Shown here: positions 12,518 to 24,536 of the stretch, one piece after another
Numbering within the stretch: the stretch's first letter is position 1
Layout: each line of letters begins with the position of its first letter
NCBI GenBank assembly: GCA_051453625.1
Contig: JBOZIK010000001.1
Span: 14,385,948-14,421,702, forward strand
DNA from: Welwitschia mirabilis
Taxonomy: Eukaryota
Reading direction: 5' to 3'
Length of the DNA stretch: 35,755 nucleotides
Notes under the pieces: model-generated
Database searches by the model: none
The model's input: only the letters and a program-made list of their open reading frames with translations
What the model was told of the DNA's origin: nothing
Made by a program: the position numbers and the translations under genes

Positions 12518-14434
12518 CTCCAGATGTGACAAAATATTTTTCTTTTCATCATTTTCGAATAGGTTGAGTAGGAAAAGTAAATCCATAATGGGTTCAAAAG
12601 CTTAGTTTTTCTGCATAAGACGTCTCAACTTGAGAGTAAAAGGTTGAGTATGGAAACGCTTTCATGTACATAAGATTTCAATGCAAATGGACAGAAAATT
12701 CCTGAGGAAGAGGAGAGGCTAGTGTCGCCAGTATTGAATAATGATAATCGTAATGATGATAGTGATAATGACAACTTGGAAATTGAAAAATTTAAGCAGT
12801 TTATAGGCCTTACATCCATCTAAAAATGTCTTAATTTTACAGTTTTATTTCATAATTTAACAGTTTAAAATATAAACGTTTCATATCTTTAGGACAGAAT
12901 TTAGATTGTGTAACATTTTTCTAAAATGAACCCAGTAAATTATAAGTTTCTGATATCTGTTTTTTAGGATTTGCTAATTTTAATTAGTTTTAAGGTTTTT
13001 TTTTTTTCTAAGAATCGAATTCAAAGCCATAAAGCTACAGGAGCATTCTGGACTTATCTAGCATCGCGACATAATTGGTTCTTCACAGACCAGTCCACCC
13101 GTCCCTTCTCCAGTCTGTTATTGCCGATGACAACCAACGATCAGTCAATCACGGCATTTTCTGTGATGTAACTGAAAGAGCTTCAAAAACAAAAGTAAAA
13201 CAAGCAACAAATAAAGTTGGAACGCAGAAGAATGACTGTGAACAGGTAATGGATAACACAGAAGAACAAGTTGAAATTACAGGAATTTTTAAAGCGGTTT
13301 ATAAGATTCCACGAAACGTGATTGAACACCGCTATGTTTTTCTTCATTGGATAACGCACCTGCGTACAATTGTCTTCATCTTGCTTTCATTTCTGAAAAC
13401 AGAGAAGCCAGGGGGCCACAGCAGAACGAAGCAGATCAGATTGCTAAGGCCATCCAAGACAAAAGCTCGTTTTCCAACAGATAAAGAATTTGGACGTCTC
13501 ACATCAAGGTAGAAATGTGCAGACACAGACGTGGATTTGAAGGAAAAGTGAAAAAAGTAACCTAAAGGTTGGTGAGTGCGATGTTGGATGATTGACGCCT
13601 TAGTTCCTCCAATCTGATAGCCACCTGTTGTGTTTGCAGAGTTTCATATTGGCACGACTCTTTCTGCAAATTTTCAGGTACTAAATATTAAATTAAATTA
13701 TGACCTTCCCATGTGGTTGTACTTATGTATTAATTAATGTTTTGAAAGGAATAGAAATCAAATCAAGGGTTTGGAATTTGGTTGTCTCTTTCATATATGT
13801 ATTGAAATTGAAACTGATATTTAATTATTTTCAGAAAAGGATCTAAAAAATTTATTNNNNNNNNNNAGGATTGATTTAAGACAGTGTCCTAGAATAATAG
13901 CTGGCAGCTCAAACTAGTACAAATTACAAGTTGTGATATTACATTTGGATCTCGCAACAACTGGAATAGGGCACCTAAGTATTGTGGTTCCTATTTTAGC
14001 CAACCTCCTCTAATTTGTTTTAAATGAAATCTTTTTTTACCTTTTATAGTAGATCAAAGCTTGAACATCACCTTTTGCTTAAGCATTATATGAATATCTT
14101 CTCTATTACACTGAAAGTCTTTTGTGCTTATATCCCATTTATTTAACAAGTCAAATCACTAAAAATACTAGGGTTTTCTTGTTTCAACTTCTATCATTGC
14201 GTTTGGGAATCTTACACTCTTGAAATAGAGGTTCTATGAACATAGGTAGTAAATTGACATATTGCCTTAGCCTCGAATAGCAACATTAACATATAGAAAC
14301 CTAAATATTTAAGGGCGAGCTCCACTTTAAGTTTCCCATTAGTCAAGGAAAAACCCCAAATGCTCATAAATTCAAAAAAATAATAAATAATGTTAATACT
14401 GATTCTTTCTTTCTCTCTCCCCCCTCTCCCCCAC

Positions 14435-14435
<1 letters not shown>

Positions 14436-14468
<33 letters not shown>
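14436..14468. repeat. (TC)n microsatellite, about 16 units
   Basis: Uninterrupted TC repeat preceded by a pyrimidine tract from ~14403. Confidence 0.95.
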
Positions 14469-14469
<1 letters not shown>

Positions 14470-14471
<2 letters not shown>

Positions 14472-15000
14472 GGTTAAAAAACATTTTGAAGAGTCAAAGT
14501 TAGAACCACAAAATGATGGGATTGTTAAGATATCTTATAAGAGACTCTTCTCATATAAAACTTTAATGTAATTTTTGATTTTTTTGGTTGAAAGACTTTT
14601 TGAAGAATCGAACTCACACCTACAAAATGATAGGATCATTAAGATATCTCCAAAGATACTATTCTTATAATTAACTTTAATTTAATTTCAATTTAAAAAA
14701 TAATAAATAGTGTTAGTATTGATTCTCTTTTTTTCGTTGAAATACTTATAGAAGAGTTGAACTCACAACCACAAAATAATAGGTCATTAGGGTATCTCCA
14801 AAGAGACGATTCTTATAATTAACTTTAATTTAATTAGGATCCAAAAAACAATAAATTGTGTCAATATTGATCCTCATAAACCTTTTATTTTATTTGAAAG
14901 ACTTTTTTGTTTTGTTTTTTTAATTGAAAGACTTTTTGAAGAATCGAACTCACGACCACAAACTAATGAGACCATTAACATATCTTGAAAGAGATGATTA
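14470..15000. repeat. Diverged tandem repeat, 4 copies, spacing about 115-185 bp
   Basis: The core GAAGAxTCGAACTCACxACCACAAAATxATxGG...TTAAGATATCT..AAAGAGA recurs at ~14488, ~14602, ~14751 and ~14938. Confidence 0.85.
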
Positions 15001-15357
15001 ATTTTATTTTAAATAAAAATAAATTAAAATAATAAATCAATTAAGATACATATAAAAATACATCTAACTGTATTTTAAATCAAATTAAATTAAAGTGATA
15101 AGTCAAAAATAGTTGATTAAGTAAGATATCTATAAAGAGACAACTAACTATGTTTTAAATAAAATTAAATTAAAGCAATAAATCAAAATTAGTTGATTAA
15201 CTAAGCTATCTATAAAGAGATGACTAACTGTGTTTAAAATAAAATTAAATTAAAGCAGTAAATCAAAATTAGTTGATTAACTAAGATATCTATAAAGAGA
15301 TGACTAACTGTGTTTAAAATAAAATAAAATTAAAGCCATAAATGAAAATTAGTTGAT
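14980..15357. repeat. 80-bp AT-rich tandem repeat, about 4.5 copies
   Basis: TATAAAGAGA at 15131, 15211 and 15291, with variant TATAAAAATA at 15051, gives an exact 80-bp period. The last copies are nearly identical. Confidence 0.95.
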
Positions 15358-15439
15358 GACTTTGTTACGATACGCCAAGTAATACATTCCGAGACGCAAT
15401 CTCTGCAGCCAGTGGCGAGCGAGAAAGTTGGAAAAATAT

Positions 15440-15730
15440 CTGGGAACGTGAGGTTATCTCAGTGTCGATAGCTTATCAAACTAACCATCGCTTTGTTTGG
15501 GTACAGCACACAAATGCCCTTCCACGTCAGCAGGCTGAAATCACGTGCCAGTTCCGACGTGTATGAAATGAGTTGAAATTTCGTTCATCCGTTTCAGGGA
15601 AAGATGTCTGCAATTACGCCGTGAAAAGAAAACAGTCTGGGCTGTTCACGCAATCTTTACCGTGCGTTTGGATACAGCTGTTTCTCTACTTTCCACGCAC
15701 GTTCCTTTTCCTCGCCTTCGCTATTTATCT
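15440..15730 (+). promoter_or_regulatory. NPF7 proximal promoter: cluster of ACGT boxes and TATA-like element
   Basis: AACGTG 15445-15450, CCACGTCA 15522-15529, G-box CACGTG 15542-15547, CCGAC overlapping ACGTG 15554-15561, and CTATTTAT 15721-15728, about 160 bp upstream of the ATG. Motif matches only. Confidence 0.5.
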
Positions 15731-15888
15731 GCCGCAGTATCAGCCGTTTCGGCAAATTTCCGCTACGCCCAACGCCAAGTGGAGCTCATTTTGTTTGCCG
15801 GGTGTTGATTCTCAAAGGGAGCGAAGCTGGAACGGCTTCTCTGCAAGAGATTTTCATTCGTTTGGTTTGCGAAAGACTGGGGGTGAGA

Positions 15889-18029
15889 ATGGGAATTCGG
15901 GAAGAAAATGATAAGGCCTGCGAACTTCAAATGGGAAAGCTCAACGACATCGACAATGCAAAGGTACTTTACTCTTGTTTCAGCCAGAGCTTTTGTACTT
16001 TGTTACGGTTCTTCCAGACGATCAGAACGCTTACTGTTACTGAATTTCTTTGATATAGCAAGAGGAAATTACCAAGGACGGCACTGTTGACAGACACGGG
16101 AAGCCGGCACTCAGGTCCCGCAGCGGCGGATGGATTTCTGCAACTCTTGTGCTCGGTATGTTCCGTCTTTCTCTGTTGTTTACTTACTTACTGGTTGTTA
16201 AAAGGGGAAATGACTTGAGTACTGGAATGGATATTCGACAGTGAACCAGGGTCTTGCAACGCTTGCATTCTTCGGCCTCAGCGTCAACCTAGTGCTGTTT
16301 CTCACAAGGGTTCTGCGACAGAGCAACGCCACCGCTGCGAACAACGTCAGCAAATGGACGGGCACTGTCTACATCTTCTCTCTGTTCGGCGCGTTCCTCA
16401 GCGACTCCTATCTCGGTCGTTACAGAGCGTGCACCTGCTTCCTTGCTATCTTCGTTGCCGTAAGACTATCTCCGAGTATTCTGTGTTCAATCTCTTCTGC
16501 AGATTTTAAGCTTTTAGCCCACAATCTTAATAATTTACTTTTGAANNNNNNNNNNCGTTCTACTTTCTGCGGCATCGCAGACGATGCTGTTAAAGCCATC
16601 AGGCTGCGGCGACAGTACGGAGAAATGCGACAAGGCCTCCGGCATAGCTGAGGGAGTATTCTACTTGGCCATTTACATGATCGCAGTCGGAAACGGCGGC
16701 TACCAACCCAATGCCGCCACATTTGGCGCAGACCAGTTCGACGAGGAGGGCGACCACCGCGAAAAAGCAAACAAATATGCATTCTTTAGCTGGTTCTATC
16801 TCGCTCTGAACCTCGGATCGCTTTTCTCCAACACATTTCTGGGCTACTTCGAGGACGACGGATTGTGGGCACTCGGTTTCTGGCTTTCCGCGCTCTCCGC
16901 CGGAGTCTCCCTTGTTGTCTTTCTCGCGGGAACACCCAGATACCGCCATCATCGACCGGGAGGAAACCCCTTTCCACGCTTCGCGCAGGTATTCGTTGCC
17001 GCGGCTCGAAAATGTTCTTTCTCATTGCCTGACAACCCCGACAAGCTCTTCGAGCTGCAGATCGAAGATAGTGCCATCAGCGGGAGCAGAAAAATCTTGC
17101 ACAGCGAAGGCCTCAAATGCCTGGACAAGGCCGCAATAGAAACCGAGGGCGACGAAGAACGGAACCCATGGAGACTCTGCACAGTAACGCAGGTCGAAGA
17201 AGTGAAGTGCATAATCCGATTGCTTCCCATATGGCTCTGCACAATCATGTACTCCGTGATATTCACACAGATGGCCTCCATTTTCGTCGAGCAGGGCGCG
17301 GCCATGCACAATTCTTTTTCTGGATCGTCGTTCAGAGTACCACCAGCGGCAATGTCGTCATTCGACATACTGAGCGTGGCGCTCTGGATATTTATCTACA
17401 GAAGAGTTCTGGTTCCACTGGCGCGCGGCGTTACCGGCAACCCGAAGGGCCTGTCGGATTTGCAGCGCATGGGCGTCGGCATTGTCATCAGTATGCTCGC
17501 AATGGTCTCGGCCGGAGTGGTGGAGATTTACCGGCTGAAGTACAAGACGGACGAAACGAGTGAGGACCACACCGGGAGTAGCCGATTGAGCATCTTCTGG
17601 CAGGTTCCGCAGTATTTCTTTATAGGCATGTCGGAGGTGTTCATGTATGTTGGTCAGCTCGAGTTCTTCAACGGGCAGGCGCCCGACGCGCTGAAAAGCT
17701 TTGGTAGCGCGCTGTGTATGAGCTCGATGTCGCTGGGGAACTACATGAGCACTGTGATAGTGTCTGTGGTCATGAAAATAACGAGCAGTGAAACGAAGGC
17801 GGGTTGGATACCATCGGATTTGAATTCGGGAAGGCTGGATTTGTTCTTCTTTTTGCTTGCAGGCATGGCGTTGGTGGATTTGGTAGCGTATATTTTGTGC
17901 GCAATGTCTTATACGTCGATTTCTGTGGCCCCAAATTTAGATTCATGGTGTGATGATGTAGAAAAGGGTTCGGCTTCTTGTTCTCCTGCAGCTCCGGGGC
18001 TTCTTGTAGGTCCTGCTCATCAGGAATGA
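15889..18029 (+). CDS. NPF7.3: NRT1/PTR family (NPF7 clade, NRT1.5/NPF7.3-like) transporter, about 620 aa; exons 15889-15963, 16059-16155, 16242-16459, ~16551-18029
   Basis: GT-AG introns keep the frame. Exon 1 MGIREE...DNAK; exon 2 QEEITKDGTVDRHGKPALRSRSGGWISATLVL; the 218-nt exon 3 (V)NQGLATLAFFG.VNLVLFLTRVL...AANNVSKWTGTVYIFSL.GAFLSDSY.GRY; exon 4 GNGGYQPN.ATFGADQFDE, YLALNLGSLFSNT, NPWRLCTVTQVEEVKC, LQRMG.G, WQVPQY...EVFMYVGQLEFFNGQAPD.LKSFGSALCM. These are NPF7-diagnostic motifs. The exon 4 acceptor is hidden in the N gap 16546-16555. The exact paralogue (7.1/7.2/7.3) needs a phylogeny. Confidence 0.95.
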
Positions 18030-18340
18030 GCTTTTCTGCCGATTGTTTGTTTGTTTATGTTGTTTTTTCGGAGAGTGAAAAGAGTGAGGTGGTGAGTCAA
18101 AGGGGGAGTCACGGCGAGGAAGGAGGTTGCCAGGGCTGCTGAGATGCATTGGCGGATGTGCAAGCGGAGATGCAAAAGCGCATCTTCTAACAGTACAGTA
18201 TCATCAAATTCCCATACAAATTCTAGTAAACGACTTTATTAGAAAATATTAAAGAAAAAAAACTTGACAAAAGATATTGAAAACTTTATCAAAAATTATT
18301 AAAAAGGAAATTTTTTTCCTAAGGACTTGTTTGTGAAAGG

Positions 18341-18430
18341 ATATTATACAAATTTAATTCATAACATTGAAAATAGAACTCCAATATTATACAAGTTTAA
18401 TTGACAACATTGAAAATAGAACTTCAATAT
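18341..18430. repeat. Tandem duplication, 2 x 43 bp
   Basis: ATATTATACAARTTTAATT..AACATTGAAAATAGAACTYCA at 18341 and 18384. Confidence 0.85.
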
Positions 18431-18506
18431 GGTGACAACGTCAAATTTTTTTTTTAAAATCTCATTAATAAAGAAATAATATTTTTATGTCTTATTTTTG
18501 TCTTTT

Positions 18507-18664
18507 TAATTTTTGTATTAATCTAAAACTAACTCTTTTGGTACATCTATAAAAAGACCTTACGGGTATGGTAGACCTTCATGGTAATTTTTGTATTAAT
18601 CTAAAACTAACTCTTTTGGTACATCTATAAAAAGACCTTACAGGCATGGTAGACCTTCATGGTA
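18507..18664. repeat. Tandem duplication, 2 x 78 bp
   Basis: TAATTTTTGTATTAATCTAAAACTAACTC...GTAGACCTTCATGG at 18507 and 18585, with 2 transition mismatches. Confidence 0.95.
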
Positions 18665-19654
18665 GACATTATGGGTTTATTAGATACACATGTTGTGAAG
18701 TTTAAACTCATGAAAAAAAAGGGAAAATTTTTGAGTGACAGCTAGAACAAGTGAGCTAAGTTATTGATGTTCATCTTTCACTTTTCTTTTGAGCTCTTAG
18801 TATTGCAACATTACAGGAAAACATAATGTTTATCTTTATTAATGTTTTGGTTATAAATTTTGCAAAGACACTCCTCCTAAGGAATCTAAAGCCATGGAAT
18901 CACCTAGATAAGGTATATTTTCGAAGAAATTTCTTCTTTAATGTTGTTCAAAGGAAATCTTACATCAAACTCTTTAAATTACTTTTACTTTAAAATCTCT
19001 CTTAATTTATTTAGGATTTCAATTGAACATTTCTTCTAAGAGGTTTCATTTTTGTAACTACATCTTCTCCTAATAAAATCATATTGGGTTTATTATTTAA
19101 ATTTGATTTCTTTTAATAAAATTACTTTTGAATATCTTTTATCATGCTTCACCTTCACTATTTATTTACTCAAGAAGGGCCTTAAACCAACAATCCTATA
19201 TAAATGATTGGTCATAAAAGAATGTAGAAAATATGTCTTTCAATGAACCCTAAGACAATTTCTTCCATCTCCTTTTATGTGCAAATAAAGCTTTCATATC
19301 TCCTTCATTGCTCTAAGAATTAAACTTGATTCATTTCTAATTATTAGAGTACTATAAACATATATACTTATAAGATAAGATAATTGTAGTTTATGCATTT
19401 CCTATCATGAATCCAAATTAGTATTTCATGTCATAAGTGATATCTTAATTTTATTTTTGATCATACTAATCTCAAAATACCTAAAAAGATATCTAAAACA
19501 TAAAATAGGTTTTTAATTATTACTTGTTTTTAAGAATGAAAAGGATAGCATCCATAAAAATCAAAACATTTATATGAAATTTCTCAGTAAAATAGATTAA
19601 TAAAGAGGAATTTTATTCATCTATTTCTAATATATTAATGAAGACATCAAAAAG

Positions 19655-20010
19655 TATTAAAAGGATCATTTCATTGAGTTAACCTATAATGATTAAGCTA
19701 TAGAGAAAACAAGAAAACAGAGGAAACATTGAAAAAAAAAGAGTATTTATTCTTATTGTAGAACAGAAGCAACACAAAAAAACAATTAGCAATTATAATG
19801 GTTTATAGAACTATATTTAAAAAAAATGATTAGAGTTTTCCCATTAAAGGCTAAGCTCACCTTTTAACATGCAATTGAAATTTTACGTTGTTGATCGAAC
19901 TTATAACACGGTGCGAGTGAGCGTATATGTGCCGGGAAAGGGCATTCCACTATAACTTTATTAAATTATTATTAAGCTTCGAAGGTCATGATTATAATAG
20001 ACAAATTAAC
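19655..20010 (-). mobile_element. Diverged LTR-like repeat (related copy at ~25470-25770); probable 3' LTR of the adjacent copia
   Basis: Shares collinear blocks with 25470-25770: ATTAAAAG..CATT..ATTGAGTT.A.CTA, TATTTAAA, TTTCCCATTAAAG, ATTGA.ATTTTA, TTATTAAATTAT. Confidence 0.5.
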
Positions 20011-20039
20011 TAATACACAATAATAATGAAAAATAAAAT

Positions 20040-23000
20040 TCTTTTCTAATGAAATCAAAGTGCATAAAGGAAAGTATCAATCCTAAACTAATAAGTTACT
20101 CAAGTAGCCTCACATGCCAAATAGTCAACCTTCAAGTAAACTTCCTCTTACTAATTAAGAGGTATTGACATTGCTTAATTCTAGTTGATCTATAAACTAT
20201 CAAAATTTTATTCAATGAAGTGGCTTTATCAAAATCTTTTCAACTTAATCTACTGATCTGTCGTATTGAACATTTGTTACACAAATTCAAACTAGTTCTT
20301 ATATCATGTGGATCTTTGGTGCAATATGTTTTTTCCTGTTATAAAACCTTGAATTCTTTATTGTATGGAAAGCTAACTAATTATTCACATATAATTTTGT
20401 CTCTTCTATGTATAAAAGGTTTAAAGTTGCTAGCAACTTTCATATCTAGATCACTTCCTTGCTTATTTTAAGTGATGTTATACACTTTGCTTTAGCTAAT
20501 GAATTCATTACATGCTTCATCCTAAGAATGTTAAGTACCTAGATGTATACTTTCCTATATCCTCACAACCACTAAAGGCCAAATCTATGGATGCTCTAAA
20601 TTTGACATTTTCATCCTACTGAAATAGCAATTTAGGACACTTTTATTCTTTTAGATACCTCAAAATGTTGGTAGCTATATTCTAATGATTCTATTTTTGT
20701 TTAGTTCCCTATATTGCTAATATTCCAATTGAATAATGAAATGTTAGGCCTGTCATTTTTCAACTAAATATTTCTTACCATTTATCAATATAATGTATCA
20801 TATGCATCTAGTGATTGTTTATCACTATTTTTTTCACCCTCTATGCCAAATTTCTCTAACACATTATCAATGTGTTTTAACTAATCTAGGAAACTTTTAT
20901 TTCTTTCATGAATTATTTTTCACTAAGGTAATACTTTATTAATTCCATGTTAGTTACTTCAAATTACTTTACAAGGTCCTTATTTAACTTCATAATACAC
21001 TTCTCATGTTCTGTAGTGATTAAAATGTTATCCACAAATATAATGAGATGTTTCTTTTTATCATCTCACATTTAATAAACAATGTATCATTAGTATCTTC
21101 ATATTCATACACATCAAAATCCATTTTCACTTAGCAACTATCCTTCACCCTAATGTATCATGTATGCAATGCCTATTTCAAACTATATATGGACTTTCTT
21201 AGTATGCTTTCTTCTAATCTTATTCATTTACCTTAATACATTTATATTGAGTCATGTAAATCTCCTTTTAATGTTTCCATTAAGCAACAAATCTTTAAAT
21301 CAAGATAATGTGTTTTTTAGCCTTTTTGTGCCACTAATGCAACTAAGATTATAATGTTCTGTCACTTTGCTATTAGTGGGAAAAAAATTCTATGTTGTCT
21401 ACTTCATGTTTTCACATAAATCCTTCTATACTGAATCTAGCCTTAATTTCATCAAATGCTCCATTAACTTTGTAATTATTATAAAATGTTCATTATTTCT
21501 TAGCACTTTTCTTCTTAACATTGAAGTTCACTAGCTTTAGAGTGTCATTTTGTATGAATGATTGATGTCTTATGCTTATTGCATGTCTTCATTCTAGGTA
21601 TTTTACTATCTCATTAAATGTTACTAATTGACTACTTCAATTAAGGTATATATTGGTATTATCTATTTTAATATTAGCTTCTTCATTCTTCCTTCCTTAG
21701 TGAATTATACTTCCTAGTCAAGTGCCTAAGTTTNNNNNNNNNNNNNNNNNNNNNNNNNNNNNNNNNNNNNNNNNNNNNNNNNNNNNNNNNNNNNNNNNNN
21801 NNNNNNNNNNNNNNNNNNNNNNNNNNNNNNNNNTGCCTAAGTTTCTAGCTTCCTCTAACATTTAGTTATTCAAAACTTAGCATGCCTTAGGACATCTTAA
21901 ACCTATAAGAGTAAGATCAAGAATTTTTCATTTATGTTATTTATTTTATACACTTATTTATTAGAAGCGTCCTCTTTATCATGTAAGCTTGAAATTTCTC
22001 ATATGTGCATTCTTTGCTAGAGCTATTGAGCATCCTACGACTATGCTAATTCATGTTTAGGTAATTAATAAAACCACCTATGTAGAGATCCTTAGTTTGA
22101 ATCCTACATCATCACATTTAGAGGGTTACTTTTCTTACTAAGGGTTACTTCCCTTATGAAAGACTTGAATCTATGCATATACATCACCTAATGTCCTATA
22201 ATGATGCTTCATGTCATGGGTCTTTACTCTTTCATCTAATGTAATGAATTATTTATCATGCTCTACAAACACTATATAGCAAGAAAACAATGATCTTTTA
22301 TTAGTCTAGTAAAAAAACTTTATACCCCATTTTGTTTACTTCATACAAAATAAAAATGCCTAATTGTACATACCATTAAAATTTATTATAGTTTAGTAGA
22401 AAGATGAAGGTGTAATAATGTAATTCAAGCACTTTAAAATGTTTGAATCTTTTTCATGTCCTACCATAATACATTATATGGTGTGATTCTCTATTAAATT
22501 ATTAAATGTTGAGACAATATTATCTAATGTCTCTTTCCATGAACAAGTAGACAAATTCTTACATATAAGCATTACTTGCACCACATTACAAATTGTGTAA
22601 TTCATTTGCTTAGCAACACCATTCTACTATGATATGTCTAAAATGATTTTTTGGTGATGAATTCCTTCTTCTATTGAAATTAATCAAACTCAATTGAGAT
22701 ATACTCCCCTTCATTATTAGTATGTAAAGCCTTAGTCTATAGTGAGCATTAAGTTAACTCTTTGTATGTTGGAATTTAAAACTTATACTAAAGAAAACTA
22801 TACATACTTTCTTTTAAAAAGAATTAATAAAAGTGAATAAATGTAAATTACCTTTCAATGTTTTAATTATCATTAGTTCATCCACATCAAAGTTCATGAA
22901 CTCTAACCTCCTTCTAACATGATGATTACTCTTCTCTAATGGTTATTGTATGGCCTTATTCATAATGCATGTCTTACACTTATCTTTAGATTTTTCAGAA

Positions 23001-24536
23001 CTCTTATAAGGTAAGCCATATGTTCTAATGGTACATAATCAAGACTATCACGCCATAATGCTTCTGTTAAAGGATTTTTCAGATTATGCATCTTTACCAC
23101 CATATACTAGAAATGCTTGTTCTTTTTTACTAGAAGAAATTCCTCTTTCCTTCTTACATGTTAATTTATTTTTGTTTAAATACATTGACTTTACTTATAA
23201 TTAATCAACAAGAAATATATTTCCATCTTTGGTAATCTTAACTTCATCCTCTATTATTATGATGATGAGATGAAAGCCTTTTGAACTAATGTATGGAATG
23301 AAAACAAATTTTGTTTTAACTTGAGAATGTACAAAACATATTTTAGTTGTAATTGAGATAATCCATTTGAAAATTTCACTAACATCATTCTAATACCTAA
23401 TAATAGTTGTGAATTTTGATCTACCATTTTGACTATGCTTTAAAATATCTAATTCAACCTATAGAACAAGTCCTTTCTTAGAGTTGTATCCTAAATTGAT
23501 CTAGTAACCATTATTCAATAGTCTATTATATTCAATATTTAATATCCTACTATACTGACTAGCACTAAATTCCCACAATCTATTATGTTTGCATTACTTT
23601 CAACTAGACTAGCTTATTTCCATGTTTTAAAATTTTTCCTCGCTATAACTTTCTTTCATGTTCCTCCTTCACAGGTTCAAAAAAGGTTGTTGATTCGTTT
23701 TTAGTATTAGAGTATACAAACACTTGCATTGTTTCCTATACCTAATGTGCTTGACATTTCTTAGGAGGTTAGTCATATGAGAGTTTATAACTATATGCAT
23801 AGTGGCCATTTATCTTGTATCTTTTACACTTTAGTCATCTTACATCTTTCTTCCTGGATCCAACTTCTTGGTGCTCATTTAGATCTTAAAATCTATCATT
23901 GTAGTTTAGCTTATTATGTCTGCTCTACATTTGTTTCCTTAACAATCTTGCCTACTATTAACCATACTATAGTTAGCTTATTAATTGTAGAAATAATTCT
24001 AATATAATTCAAATAGTATGTTTCATATTATTTATTAAGGTTTTTAAGGATTTTAGTTAGTATTCCAAATTCATGATCTTTAACTTTCCATTATGTAATA
24101 GTGTTATATTAATTTGTTTATATGCTAGGATAATTTAATAATTGTTAATTAGAAATGACCATGTAATGCACTACTTCCTACAGTCCTTGTTAATAATATT
24201 GTTAATTCTTCAAACCTCATTAATGACATTCAATGCCTTATTCTTTTTGACATTAAGATTTTTCATCTTATTTTAAAAAAAAGGAATTTTTTTAAATATG
24301 TATTATCACATTGTATTTTGTATATTTTCAAAATCTCATATGTGGTTATACATTTTTGTACAATTTCATGATGACATCCATTCATAACAAAAATAATTAA
24401 AGAATATAACACTTCATTAATGTCATGGATCATGTGTCTTAGTTAAACTCACCTTATAAGATTAAAAACACATTTATTATGAAATTGATCAACATTTTTT
24501 ATTATTTCTATATCAATTATACTAGCTTTAGATACC
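20040..24536 (-). mobile_element. Ancient decayed Ty1/copia internal region (gag-PR-IN-RT-RH)
   Basis: On the minus strand, in copia order: PBS-like GGTATCTAAAGC 24536-24525; protease WLLD 23510-23499; integrase ALHTNNEGEYISIEFD ~22730-22683 and NGVAKQMNYTI ~22623-22591; RT LLNG...EIYMTQ ~21288-21248, LRKSIYSLK*A ~21201-21169, and LIIFVDNILI (YVDD motif) 21048-21019. Many stops. Confidence 0.85.

Noticed and set aside
13075..13512. 145-aa plus-strand ORF
   Set aside because: Non-ATG start, no recognisable domain; probably a chance ORF in a GC-richer island.
13645..13665. miR171-like sequence ATATTGGCACGACTC
   Set aside because: About 16/21 identity, with mismatches in the miRNA 5' region. 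It lies mostly in the loop of a short TTTGCAGA/TCTGCAAA stem and has no star arm.
14212..14484. 90-aa minus-strand ORF with RERERE run
   Set aside because: Translation of the (TC)n microsatellite.
14980..15357. Regularly spaced repeats resembling a CRISPR array
   Set aside because: Whole 80-bp units are repeated with no unique spacers; eukaryotic context with no cas genes.
15573..15911. 112-aa ORF upstream of NPF7 as a possible uORF
   Set aside because: Starts at TTG upstream of the putative TATA box, so it is unlikely to lie within the transcript; no recognisable conserved peptide.
16420..17570. Several overlapping antisense and alternative-frame ORFs
   Set aside because: Shadows of the GC-rich NPF7 coding exon; no independent motifs.
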